From Rhodothermales bacterium (GTDB lineage Bacteria; Bacteroidota; Rhodothermia; Rhodothermales; Bin80), in contig JAJECV010000005.1 in assembly GCA_022821875.1 (NCBI GenBank), positions 365 through 64,364 of the forward strand: a stretch of DNA of 64,000 bases. The letters run 5' to 3'. A model generated the notes under the pieces. It had not been told where the DNA came from and did not search any database. It was given only the letters and a program-made list of their open reading frames with translations. The first letter of the stretch is position 1. Each line of letters starts with the position of its first letter. Position numbers and translations under genes: made by a program. Shown here piece by piece: positions 37,113 through 48,077 of the stretch.

Positions 37113-38225
37113 ATGCGTTCAATTTTTATTTTCTTTCTGCTTATCCCACTGATGGTGGCCTCCTGCTCGGACCCTGTCTCCGACGTTGGACTCAACCTCC
37201 TGGGGAGTGAAGCAAACCCGCAGGCGGCAACAGCATCGGTCACCTCCTTCTCGCCATCCACGCTGATTGATGTGACCGGATCTGCACCACGTGTGCTTGT
37301 AGGCGCTGTGGATGATCCACTCACCGGGCAGATTTCGGCCCACGGATACCTTGACTTTGATGGCGACTTTTCCGGGGCACCCTCGGATGAGATCACCGGT
37401 GCTCAGTTAAAACTTTTCCGTAACTATAACTTTGGAGATACGCTGACGGCGGTTCAGTTTGAACTGCATCAAATTCTTGAAAACTGGGATCATGCCGGCC
37501 GCAGAGCCAATACGGGGCTGAAGATGGGACCTGCGATCATATCCATGACCACCAAAAACATCCTGACCACCATAGACCTGCCGGACACATGGATTGATGA
37601 AAATGCAACTATCCTTCGCAGTGCTGACTTTGAAACGGAATTCCACGGGTTTGCACTGATCGAACGCGGCAGCGAGCAGGTGATTGGCTTTACCTCCGCC
37701 ACGACAGTCCTGGAAGTCACTTCATCCAGTGGATTGACAACCTATAACGTAAGCAGCACCCACACCCAGATTGCACGTACACGCCCCTCTGACACGCCAA
37801 GTGGCTTTGTGCTGTTTCAGGATGGTGCAGGCCCCTCCATTGAATTTAACTTTGCGTTTGATGACTTTGCAAATCAGCCCATCCATGGTATAGAACTGGT
37901 TTTCAATGTGGATACCGTTGCCACAAAATCTGCGCCGGTGAACTTCGTGCGCCCGCTCGCACGGACACTGCAACTGATTGCCATCCCGATGAATGATGCC
38001 GATCCTGCGGCTCTGGTTGGACAAGCCACACTTGAAAATGGTCAATATCGTTTCCTGGAACGTGATGTGAGTGTCTTTTTTCAGCGTGTATTTTTTGGGG
38101 CGCAGGAGTATAGCCGTTTAGAATTACGTGCACCGATTGTGAATCATTCCCTGAACGCTGTCCTGTTTTACGACGCAAATGCCCAGGATTTGTCTCCCCA
38201 AGCAACCATCATATTATCTCCATGA
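37113..38225 (+). CDS. DUF4270-like lipoprotein (hypothetical)
   Basis: Lipobox MRSIFIFFLLIPLMVASCSD. Its position directly after the short GlgA-like gene is the usual Bacteroidota arrangement. The family call is by synteny and composition only. Confidence 0.55.
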   Translation: MRSIFIFFLLIPLMVASCSDPVSDVGLNLLGSEANPQAATASVTSFSPSTLIDVTGSAPRVLVGAVDDPLTGQISAHGYLDFDGDFSGAPSDEITGAQLKLFRNYNFGDTLTAVQFELHQILENWDHAGRRANTGLKMGPAIISMTTKNILTTIDLPDTWIDENATILRSADFETEFHGFALIERGSEQVIGFTSATTVLEVTSSSGLTTYNVSSTHTQIARTRPSDTPSGFVLFQDGAGPSIEFNFAFDDFANQPIHGIELVFNVDTVATKSAPVNFVRPLARTLQLIAIPMNDADPAALVGQATLENGQYRFLERDVSVFFQRVFFGAQEYSRLELRAPIVNHSLNAVLFYDANAQDLSPQATIILSP

Positions 38226-39496
38226 GAAGGCATCTTCCACTTTTCGTGTTTGCGGCACTGACCCTTGTCCGCATCTCTTACGGCCAGGGACGTGATGACG
38301 GCTCATTCTACTCCAGATATGGCATCGGGGAATTGAGCGCATTTGCATCCAGTCAGGCACAGGCACTCGGGGGCGCAGGCGCTGGACTCTTTTCGTACGA
38401 CTACATGAATTTCAGCAACCCTGCCGCATGGAGTCGACAAACCCTGGTCCGCATTGCAGTGGGGGCCCAATTTGATCAGCTGCGTGCGGAGGATGCGTCC
38501 GGGCGAAGTGAACAATTCACGCGCGGAGCCCTCAATGCCCTGCAGATTGGCGTTCCCCTGATCGGTGGAAAGCTGGGACTTGGACTGTCCTACGAACCCT
38601 ACAGCCGAATGAATTACGAAGTGTCCACCAGCGGCACCCTGGAGCAGGGATCCAATACAGAACTGTCATACCAATTGAACCATGAAGGATCAGGAGGGCT
38701 GCATCTCGCACGCATCGGCATGGGATTTCGGCTCCTCCCTCAGATCTCCATCGGCGCCTCCACAGACTTTCTGTTCGGGATTACGGAAGAAGTGCGCCGA
38801 ACCACCTTCCGGAATGAAGATCTGCTGGCCACCAATGTGGTACGCAGTACACGCATGTCCGGTGTGACGGCATCCGCCGGGATCACCGCCTCCTTTGACG
38901 GCGAAAATCACGAACTGGTCCTCGCCGCAAGCGGCCGCCTGCCTGTGACCGTGAACGCGACTCAGACCCGCACCCTCGGCGAGAGCCTGAATGTGGATAC
39001 ACTGGGAACATCCAGCAGCGGCGACCTCAAGTTCCCATACCGGCTCAGCGGCGGGGTGTCTTTCCGGTATCAGAATCGTTGGCTCCTGACTGCCGAGATC
39101 CAGCATGAACCCTGGTCAACGGCCTCCACTACGCTCTCCTTCGCCGGATTTGATTCCAATCACCTGCGTAACCGGACACGGTACTCTGCGGGAATTGAAC
39201 TGATTCCAGCAGGTGCAGTTATGCAGGCAGCCTATCTGGGCCGGACCGCATACCGTCTAGGGTTCTACCGGGACAACCTGTATGTCAGCCCCGTTGCGGG
39301 CAGGGATATTATGGTGTCGGCGATCACAGGAGGGGTTGGATTGCCGACGATGTTTTTGGGGAGCCGACTGGATATTTCCTTTGAGATCGGAACCCGCGGC
39401 TCTACCAGTTATAATTTAATCCGGGACCGGTTCATTGGAGTTTCGGCCACACTCAACATCGGGGAACGCTGGTTTGTAAAACGAAGATTAGGGTAA
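38222..39496 (+). CDS. Outer-membrane beta-barrel protein, FadL/PorV-like (hypothetical)
   Basis: Signal peptide MRRHLPLFVFAALTLVRISYGQ. N-terminal SRYGIGELS...AQALGGAGAGL...FSNPAAW is typical of FadL/PorV-type barrels, with alternating beta-strand pattern throughout. The start overlaps the previous stop (ATGA). Confidence 0.55.
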   Translation: MRRHLPLFVFAALTLVRISYGQGRDDGSFYSRYGIGELSAFASSQAQALGGAGAGLFSYDYMNFSNPAAWSRQTLVRIAVGAQFDQLRAEDASGRSEQFTRGALNALQIGVPLIGGKLGLGLSYEPYSRMNYEVSTSGTLEQGSNTELSYQLNHEGSGGLHLARIGMGFRLLPQISIGASTDFLFGITEEVRRTTFRNEDLLATNVVRSTRMSGVTASAGITASFDGENHELVLAASGRLPVTVNATQTRTLGESLNVDTLGTSSSGDLKFPYRLSGGVSFRYQNRWLLTAEIQHEPWSTASTTLSFAGFDSNHLRNRTRYSAGIELIPAGAVMQAAYLGRTAYRLGFYRDNLYVSPVAGRDIMVSAITGGVGLPTMFLGSRLDISFEIGTRGSTSYNLIRDRFIGVSATLNIGERWFVKRRLG

Positions 39497-39554
39497 ATTG
39501 GCTTAATTGTCTTTTCTTGCTTAAATTGTCTACTTACTTAACTTCGGAACTACC

Positions 39555-40820
39555 ATGCGTCACACTCTTATTTTAAGCCTTCTGGTGATCCTCATTCTTC
39601 TGGCTCCGGTCGTTCGGGCACAGACCGCCGCCGGGGAACAGGAGACACGTATCCACTACAGCCTCTACTACGAGAATTATAAGAACGAGAATTATCGTGA
39701 TGCGGTCACCGATCTGGTATGGATACTCTACAATGCACCCGGATTCAGCCGCAACAGCGATGTAAACTTCCGGCGGGCAGTCGAAACCTTCCAGGCGCTG
39801 GCCGATGCCGAAGAGGATGAGGCCGCCAAACGCATCTGGCTGGACTCCGCGCTGGTTCACTATGACCGGGTCATCCCGGTCCTCTCCGAACTAGAAGCAG
39901 ACTTTGATCCCTTTATCTGGACCCGAAATAAAGGACGCTTTATTCAAACAAATATCAACGTACTTTCGGATCAGCAACCCGATATGATGGCCGCCTACCG
40001 GGGTGCCTATGAGATGGATCCGAAGCGGATTGACCCCTATTATCTGGATGTCATTATCTCAGATCTGTATCAGTCTGGAGATATCGGGGGAGCACTGGAT
40101 TTTCTGCGTGAATTGAAGCAGGAGCGAGGAGACGAAGAGAGCATCGACGCCCTGATCCGCAAGTACTTTGTCGTCATCCCGCCCGATGAACAGATTGCTT
40201 TTCTGGAAGAACAGTACGAGGCCGAACCCGACAACGCGGAAGTGGTCACACAACTTTTTGAGTTATACCAGCAGGAAGCCTACCGTGAGGAAATGCTCGC
40301 ACTGGCGGACAAGATTCGATCTCTGGAACCGAGCGCTGCGACCCTGCGGCTGTTAACGCGCATGTACGTTGAAGATGGCGACAACGAGCGTGCTATCGAA
40401 ACCTTCCGCCAAATGGAAGCCCTTCCTGACATTGAGATACGTGCACAGGACTATTTTAATCTGGGCCTCGCCTATCAGGATATGGAGGATTTTCGTCAGG
40501 CACGGGATTACTTCCGATCTGCCGTAGAGACAGATCCCGAGTTCAAGCCCGCCCAGACTGCAATCCCGAACCTCTATTCCACCGCGGTGGCCAGTTGCGG
40601 GGTAGCGGATCGTGAGCAGGCTGCTGTTTTCTGGATCATTGCAGACCAGTATGCCCGGATTGGGGATCAGGATGGAGTCAACCGGATGGCCACTGCATTC
40701 CCGACCGCCGAAGATATTTTTTATGTTTCTGACTGGAGTACCGGGGAAAGTGCTCAGATCAGTTACACCTGTCGGGGGATGACCATCAGCGGAACAACCA
40801 CCGTTCGGCAGCGCCGCTGA
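39555..40820 (+). CDS. Secreted TPR-repeat protein
   Basis: Signal peptide MRHTLILSLLVILILLAPVVRAQ. Repeated helical A/Y/L-rich 34-aa-type units (e.g. YFNLGLAYQDMEDFRQARDYFRSAVETDPEF). Confidence 0.7.
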   Translation: MRHTLILSLLVILILLAPVVRAQTAAGEQETRIHYSLYYENYKNENYRDAVTDLVWILYNAPGFSRNSDVNFRRAVETFQALADAEEDEAAKRIWLDSALVHYDRVIPVLSELEADFDPFIWTRNKGRFIQTNINVLSDQQPDMMAAYRGAYEMDPKRIDPYYLDVIISDLYQSGDIGGALDFLRELKQERGDEESIDALIRKYFVVIPPDEQIAFLEEQYEAEPDNAEVVTQLFELYQQEAYREEMLALADKIRSLEPSAATLRLLTRMYVEDGDNERAIETFRQMEALPDIEIRAQDYFNLGLAYQDMEDFRQARDYFRSAVETDPEFKPAQTAIPNLYSTAVASCGVADREQAAVFWIIADQYARIGDQDGVNRMATAFPTAEDIFYVSDWSTGESAQISYTCRGMTISGTTTVRQRR

Positions 40821-41149
40821 CGGGGCCTGATGCCGGTGCACGGATCTGCCTGCCATTTTCCTGTACATAAAAAGCAGCGCAATCTTTTATTATTGAGTAC
40901 TGATCCGGTATCTGCTTCCGTGCATTTCTATCCCCCGAAGTCTTGAACGCGCCACCCGATGGATTCAAAAGATGTCTTCACCGGTTTCCCAAAAAACTCT
41001 CCCGATGGGGACTCTTTCGGGAAACCGGTCCGTGAACCTATGTCCTCCACGCGTGGTATACTCAGGCATACGTTCGTTTTCATTCTCCCTGTCGCTCCAT
41101 TCAAGATTTTTATGCGCCGGGGATTCATAGGGATGCCTGCATCCCTTAG

Positions 41150-42445
<1,296 letters not shown>

Positions 42446-42458
42446 AAGAAGGTTCCTG

Positions 42459-42767
42459 ATGGCCAAAACCAAACCACCCTCCCCAACACGAAGACGGCTT
42501 TCCCCCCTGATCCTGATGGGCTCTGTCATTGCCATAGTGCTCCTGTTGCAGTTTGTATGGTTTGACAGTTACAGTTGGATGCGGTACCGGGACTGGCAGA
42601 GGGAATATGAGGAACTTGTTCAAGAAAATACCCGGCTTCAGGCCGAAATCGCCGAACTCCAAGCCCTGCTTAAGGCACCGCCAAGTGATGACATCATTGA
42701 AAAAATTGCCCGTGAGCAATACGGGATGCGGCGTGAAGGAGAAACTATTTATCGAGTAGAAGAATAA
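42459..42767 (+). CDS. Septum formation initiator family protein (FtsB/DivIC-like)
   Basis: 102 aa with one TM helix (LILMGSVIAIVLLLQFVW), a coiled coil (YEELVQENTRLQAEIAELQALL), then IIEKIAREQYGMRREGETIY. The longer ORF from 42216 overlaps eno. Confidence 0.75.
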   Translation: MAKTKPPSPTRRRLSPLILMGSVIAIVLLLQFVWFDSYSWMRYRDWQREYEELVQENTRLQAEIAELQALLKAPPSDDIIEKIAREQYGMRREGETIYRVEE

Positions 42768-43729
42768 TGCAAGCAATCGGTATTGATCTAGGTGGCACCT
42801 ATATCAAAGCAGCCCTAGTGCACAAGGCCTTTGGTCTGGTGAAGACCAACTCTGTTGAGACCGGAGCCGACCTTGGCAAGGACCATGTGCTGTCTCAGAT
42901 TGAAGCGGCCGTTAAGCCGCTGATGCGGCGCAGAGGACGGATTGCCGGGGTTGGCATTGGCGCTCCCGGCTCCATTGACCTTGACCGGAAAATGCTCATC
43001 CATCCACCAAATATGCCGGGGTGGGGAGTCGTTGACCTGCGCCAGGCCCTGAAAAAACGCCTGGGGAGACGGATCAATGTCTTTGTGGAGAATGATGCGA
43101 ATGCCGCTGCACTGGGATCTGGGCGCTATGGCGCAGCACGGAACCATGACCACTATATCATGGTCACGCTCGGTACGGGAGTCGGCGGTGCGATTGTATT
43201 TAACAAACGTATCTTTCGGGGAGAGACGGGAGCGGCCGGCGAGATTGGACATATCTCCATTGATTACAGCGGCCCGCCGGATCAGGCCGGTGTAAACGGA
43301 GCCATTGAAGCCTACCTGGGACAGCGGTTTTTGACCGGCCATGCACGGGAACAACTGGAACAGTATCCCGACAGTATGCTGTATGTGGCACCGGGCCTGG
43401 AAAACCTTACGCCAGCCACGATCACCGAAGCTGCCATGAATAAGGATCCCGGGGCCATTGCCGTCCTCGAATGGGCGGGACAAAAGCTGGGCTGTGTTCT
43501 GGGAGGCATTGTGAATCTGCTGGATATACGCACCATTGTGATCGGGGGCGGGGTGTCGAAGGCGGGGGATATGCTGCTGAAGCCAGCCCGGGATGTCATC
43601 CTGTCCTATATCAAACCCGGCATGCACGAAGATGTGAACGTAATTCAGGAAACGCTCGGAAATGAGGCCGGGATGCTGGGCGCTGCCTGCCTTGTGTTCG
43701 ACCAACTTGATGACGAGAAACAAAAATGA
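42767..43729 (+). CDS. ROK family sugar kinase (glucokinase-like)
   Basis: IGIDLGGTYIKAALV, GIGAPGSID, ENDANAAALGS, GTGVGGAIV, GEIGHISI. The ATG overlaps the previous stop (TAATG). Confidence 0.85.
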   Translation: MQAIGIDLGGTYIKAALVHKAFGLVKTNSVETGADLGKDHVLSQIEAAVKPLMRRRGRIAGVGIGAPGSIDLDRKMLIHPPNMPGWGVVDLRQALKKRLGRRINVFVENDANAAALGSGRYGAARNHDHYIMVTLGTGVGGAIVFNKRIFRGETGAAGEIGHISIDYSGPPDQAGVNGAIEAYLGQRFLTGHAREQLEQYPDSMLYVAPGLENLTPATITEAAMNKDPGAIAVLEWAGQKLGCVLGGIVNLLDIRTIVIGGGVSKAGDMLLKPARDVILSYIKPGMHEDVNVIQETLGNEAGMLGAACLVFDQLDDEKQK

Positions 43730-46391
43730 TGGTTTCTCCTCAGCCTGGCTAACCCAGACTGTCACGGTTTTCCTGCTTACTGCACTGCCTCACCTTGCAG
43801 AGGCACAGGAAGGGGAACCGCTCCATACTCCCATTACCTTTAGTGCACAGGATTCGCTGGTCCTGCACTTTGATGCCGTCACTGGCGACCGCGGCACTCT
43901 GACCGGCAATGCCAAGGTCTCCTACGAGGGAATTACGCTCAGCGCACACTTTGTAGACCTGCTTCTGGAAAAGGATGAACTTGCGGCCTACGGGCTTGTA
44001 ACGGATTCAGGAACGGTCGGTGCTCCCGTATTCACGGAAGCAGATCAGACCCTGACCGGCTCCCGGCTGGCCTATAACCTCGCAACCGGACGCGGACGCG
44101 TCACCGCCGCCAGAACCCAGTTTGAGGAAGGCTTCATTCAGGCGGGCATTGCAAAGGTCCGGGAGGACAGCACCATCTTCATTCAGGACGGACTCTATAC
44201 GACCTGTAACTGCGGCCCCGACGAAACTCCCTCCTATTCGCTTCGTGCCCGAAGAATGAAGATCGTTGACCAGAAGTGGGTCTACACCGGACCGATCCAA
44301 CTCTACATTTTCAATATTCCGATGCCATTTTGGCTCCCCTTTGGGTTCCTGCCCTATCAGGAAGGGCGCAGAAGCGGACTTTTGCCGCCGGAATATGGCG
44401 AAGATGAGCGGGGATTCTTCCTTCGAAACTGGGGCTGGTATTTTGCGCTTAGCGACAAGATGGATGCGCAGGTCCGACTCGGCCTCTGGACAAAGGGGAG
44501 CTGGCAGATCAATCCGTCTTTTCGCTATAGCCGGCGGGATGTGTTCAGCGGGGGCCTGAATGTAGATTATCTGCAGGAACGAAGTGGCGAGCGCAACGAC
44601 CCCGACCTGGTGAAGCGGAGGAGTCTCAGTTTCCGATGGAATCACAGCCAGACATTTTCCCCTAAATCACGGCTCAGCGCCAATGTGAACCTGACCTCCA
44701 GTGCCTATCTGCGAACGGTCTCCGATCAGTACAGTGATAATGTGCGACAGTCTATCGGATCCTCTATCCAGTACAACCGTACGTTCCGGGGCGGGCGCTC
44801 TATTTCCCTGAGCATGCGGCAGCAGCAGGTTGTCTCCACCGGGAGCGTGGATCTGACCTTCCCCCAGTTCTCGTTCTCACAAAGCACCAAATCCCCCTTC
44901 AAGCGGGAGCGGAGCGGGCGGGATCAGCGCTGGTATGAGCGGCTGCAGTACAGCATCACCTCACGGGTGAATAATCAGTTCGCATTTCGCCCGCTTTCGA
45001 ACGAGGAGTTAATTGCAAACGGGGATACACTGGCAAATGGACAGCCGGTGGATTATCCCTGGTACGAGGCACTGTTCAGCGAAGAGAAATACCGGACCGC
45101 GACCGGAGACACCGATGGACGGCTTCGCTTTACGGCGCAACACCGCGTCCCCATCTCCGCCCCCTTTGCGATCCGGCAAATTCCCCTCCTGGGTACCGTG
45201 CGCCTGAATCTTGCCCCCAACGCAAACTATTCCGAGGAATGGTTCATTGCCTCCGAGCGAAGGCAGTTGAACGCGGACGGCAGAACCGAAAGGACCACCG
45301 AACAGGGCTTCTTTGCCCTGCGACAGTTTAATGCCGGCGTATCTGCGAATACAACCATTTACGGGCTTTTCCCCATCAAATTCAGGACCTATGAAGGGCT
45401 GCGACATACGGTGCGGCCGCGCCTTGGATTTTCGTACCGGCCGGACTTTGGCAGCGATGTCTGGGGCTATACGCGCCCCCTGCTGGATGAAACGGGACAA
45501 CCCGTTGCCGACACCCTGGCAACGGGCATCGTTCCGCGGCGCTATCCGATTGTACAGGGGGTCCAGTCGGGCCTGCAGAACTCGCTGAATTTCGGAGTTG
45601 ATAACACCTTTGAAACCAAACATGTGCAGACCGACTCCACCGGATCTGACCAGACACGCGTACTCAAACTATTCACCGTCAATCTCTCCAGCAGCTATAA
45701 CCTTGCTGCAGATTCACTCCGAATGGCTCCGGTACGGATCAGTGCACGAACGAATATCCTGGGAAAATTCAATGTAAACTTCAGTTCCTCCTTCTCACCC
45801 TACAAACTCAGCACGGATGGCCGCCGCATGGTCAATGACTATGTCTTCTCGCTCCGGGATTTTGCGCTGGCCCGCTTAACGCAGTTGAGTATCCGCGGCA
45901 GCATGCAGCTTCGCGGAAGCCTGAATACGTCCCGTTCGGAGAATACTCCTTCGACCTCCATGCCGCAATTCGGCACGAATACGCCCCCTGTCACAGGACC
46001 GGCAGCCAACCCGTTGTATTCCTCCGGCATGATGGGAGGTGGAGGTATGCAGAGCTGGTCACTGAACCTGAGCTTTGTCTATCAGATCTCCCGTCCTCAG
46101 CTGGTCTTGCGCCGCTCCGCAACCCTCAATACGGGGTTCAGTTTTACGTTAACCCCTACTTGGCGCGTGCAGGGGCAGACCGGATACGATTTTGAACGGA
46201 AACAACTTGTCACAACAACCCTCAATCTGGCCAAGGAATTTGAGTGCTGGAATATGTCGTTCCGATGGATCCCCTTCGGCGCATTTCAATCCTGGGGCTT
46301 CAATCTGCACGTAAAGAGCGGGCGTTTAGCCGAGTTTCTCCGTTTTCAGCAACCGCGTGCCGACCGTAGCCGGGGCTTCCGTAGAATTTGA
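43710..46391 (+). CDS. LPS-assembly protein LptD-like (OstA N-terminal domain + large beta-barrel)
   Basis: Signal-like VTVFLLTALPHLAEAQ. OstA-type beta-jellyroll (FSAQDSLVLHFDAVTGDRGTLTGNAKVSYEGITLSAHFVDL). ~890 aa with Y/F/R/N-rich alternating strands, as in Bacteroidota LptD. Confidence 0.7.
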   Translation: MTRNKNDGFSSAWLTQTVTVFLLTALPHLAEAQEGEPLHTPITFSAQDSLVLHFDAVTGDRGTLTGNAKVSYEGITLSAHFVDLLLEKDELAAYGLVTDSGTVGAPVFTEADQTLTGSRLAYNLATGRGRVTAARTQFEEGFIQAGIAKVREDSTIFIQDGLYTTCNCGPDETPSYSLRARRMKIVDQKWVYTGPIQLYIFNIPMPFWLPFGFLPYQEGRRSGLLPPEYGEDERGFFLRNWGWYFALSDKMDAQVRLGLWTKGSWQINPSFRYSRRDVFSGGLNVDYLQERSGERNDPDLVKRRSLSFRWNHSQTFSPKSRLSANVNLTSSAYLRTVSDQYSDNVRQSIGSSIQYNRTFRGGRSISLSMRQQQVVSTGSVDLTFPQFSFSQSTKSPFKRERSGRDQRWYERLQYSITSRVNNQFAFRPLSNEELIANGDTLANGQPVDYPWYEALFSEEKYRTATGDTDGRLRFTAQHRVPISAPFAIRQIPLLGTVRLNLAPNANYSEEWFIASERRQLNADGRTERTTEQGFFALRQFNAGVSANTTIYGLFPIKFRTYEGLRHTVRPRLGFSYRPDFGSDVWGYTRPLLDETGQPVADTLATGIVPRRYPIVQGVQSGLQNSLNFGVDNTFETKHVQTDSTGSDQTRVLKLFTVNLSSSYNLAADSLRMAPVRISARTNILGKFNVNFSSSFSPYKLSTDGRRMVNDYVFSLRDFALARLTQLSIRGSMQLRGSLNTSRSENTPSTSMPQFGTNTPPVTGPAANPLYSSGMMGGGGMQSWSLNLSFVYQISRPQLVLRRSATLNTGFSFTLTPTWRVQGQTGYDFERKQLVTTTLNLAKEFECWNMSFRWIPFGAFQSWGFNLHVKSGRLAEFLRFQQPRADRSRGFRRI

Positions 46392-46407
46392 TCTGCCTTG
46401 CAAAAAC

Positions 46408-46818
46408 TCACCGGGGCGCTACGATCCAGACATCCTCCACCGCCCGCAATCCTTCGTGCCTATGAAAACGTCCCAGCGTACTTCGGAGCACCAGTTCGGT
46501 CCCTTTGCAACGCTCCTGAACATGCCGCATCAGGCGCTTCCCAATCCCCAGCCCCTGCACATCCGGCTCCACAGCCAAGTCACACAGGTAACTGTACACA
46601 ACCCCGTCGGTAAGCACACGCGCAATCCCGACGAGGCGCCCCATCTTCCATGCCGTGACGACAAGCGACGCATTTTCAAACATCGCCCATAAGCGCTTCG
46701 GGTCCGAAACCGGGCGATGAAGTGGTGCCCGCCGGTAAAGAATACGGATCAATTGCGGGGACAGTCCTTCCAGACCTTCCCGGATCTCAAGCGTAGCCAG
46801 GGTCTGTTCCTGGTTCAT
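46408..46818 (-). CDS. GNAT family N-acetyltransferase
   Basis: Acetyl-CoA-binding motif LAVEPDVQGLGIGKRLMRHV. Confidence 0.8.
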   Translation of the reverse strand: MNQEQTLATLEIREGLEGLSPQLIRILYRRAPLHRPVSDPKRLWAMFENASLVVTAWKMGRLVGIARVLTDGVVYSYLCDLAVEPDVQGLGIGKRLMRHVQERCKGTELVLRSTLGRFHRHEGLRAVEDVWIVAPR

Positions 46819-46827
46819 TCTGTTCCC

Positions 46828-48003
46828 TCATGCGGCAATCAGTGCGGATCGCACCTTCTCTGCGGCCTGCTCGAATAATACCGCCGATTCCAGAGTAATG
46901 CCGCTTTCCTTCAGGACGGCCTGTCCCTCCATTGCATTTGTCCCCTGTAACCGCACAATAAGCGGAACCGTAATTCCAACATTTCTGGCGGCCTCCACCA
47001 CCCCGCGTGCCACCCGGTCACAGCGCACGATCCCCCCGAAGATATTCACCAGTACGGCTTTTACATTGGGATCTTTCAGGATAATCCGGAACCCTGCCTC
47101 CACGGTCTCCGCGCTGGCCGTCCCGCCTACATCCAGAAAATTAGCAGGATTGCCTCCGGCCAGTTTAATGATATCCATGGTGGCCATCGCCAGCCCTGCA
47201 CCATTCACCATGCAGCCCACATTCCCGTCAAGCTTCACATAATTCAAATTAGAGGCATGCGCTTCGACCTCTAACGGATCTTCTTCATGCAGGTCTCGGA
47301 GATCTGCCAGATCTTTGTGCCGATACAGAGCATTATCATCCAGATTAAGCTTTGCATCTATTGCAACGATATTGCCTTCCTGGGTGAGCACGAGCGGGTT
47401 AATCTCGGCCAGAGATGCATCCACCTCCATATAGGCCTGAAAAAGGGCCAGAATAAAATTGGCACACTGGCGGGCCGTCTTCCCCTCAAATCCGAGTCCG
47501 TAGGCCAACTCACGCGCCTGGAATGCCTGAAGGCCATAGGACGGATCGGCCCACACCTTGAGAATTCTCTCCGGTGTTTCGGCGGCAACTTTCTCAATCT
47601 CCACACCACCTTCGGTGGACGCCATGATAACATGTTGGCTGCGTGCACGATCCAGTGTCACCCCGATATAGTATTCCTTCTCAATATTCACCGCGGGGGC
47701 AACAAGGACTTTGCGGACCCGTTGCCCTTCAGGGCCCGTCTGATGCGTGACAAGATTCATTCCAAGAATGTTTCCTGCGACCTCTTCGACCTCCGCCAGT
47801 CCGTCCGCCAGTCTGACCCCTCCCCCCTTGCCGCGGCCACCTGCATGAATCTGGGCCTTCACGACAAACAAATCGCCATGATTGGACATCATGGCTTTTG
47901 CCGCAGCAGCCGCTTCATCAACCGTTGAAGCGACCTTGCCCGGCTGCATGGCAACCCCGTAGCTTTCGAGAATTTCCTTTCCCTGATATTCGTGAACTTT
48001 CAT
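46828..48003 (-). CDS. sucC: Succinate--CoA ligase (ADP-forming) beta subunit
   Basis: MKVHEYQGKEILESYGV, VVKAQIHAGGRGKGGGV, NLDDNALYRH, GNVGCMVNGAGLAMATMD, NIFGGIVRCD. Confidence 0.95.
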   Translation of the reverse strand: MKVHEYQGKEILESYGVAMQPGKVASTVDEAAAAAKAMMSNHGDLFVVKAQIHAGGRGKGGGVRLADGLAEVEEVAGNILGMNLVTHQTGPEGQRVRKVLVAPAVNIEKEYYIGVTLDRARSQHVIMASTEGGVEIEKVAAETPERILKVWADPSYGLQAFQARELAYGLGFEGKTARQCANFILALFQAYMEVDASLAEINPLVLTQEGNIVAIDAKLNLDDNALYRHKDLADLRDLHEEDPLEVEAHASNLNYVKLDGNVGCMVNGAGLAMATMDIIKLAGGNPANFLDVGGTASAETVEAGFRIILKDPNVKAVLVNIFGGIVRCDRVARGVVEAARNVGITVPLIVRLQGTNAMEGQAVLKESGITLESAVLFEQAAEKVRSALIAA

Positions 48004-48077
48004 GGATGTCAGAACGATTATGATTAGACGGGGTACACCGTTACGGCCTGTTTGTTCGAATTTCCAAACGGTACATC

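Noticed and set aside
42815-43765. 316-aa ORF antisense to the ROK kinase gene
   Set aside because: The ROK gene has textbook motifs. The antisense product is His/Arg/Pro-rich with no recognisable domain.
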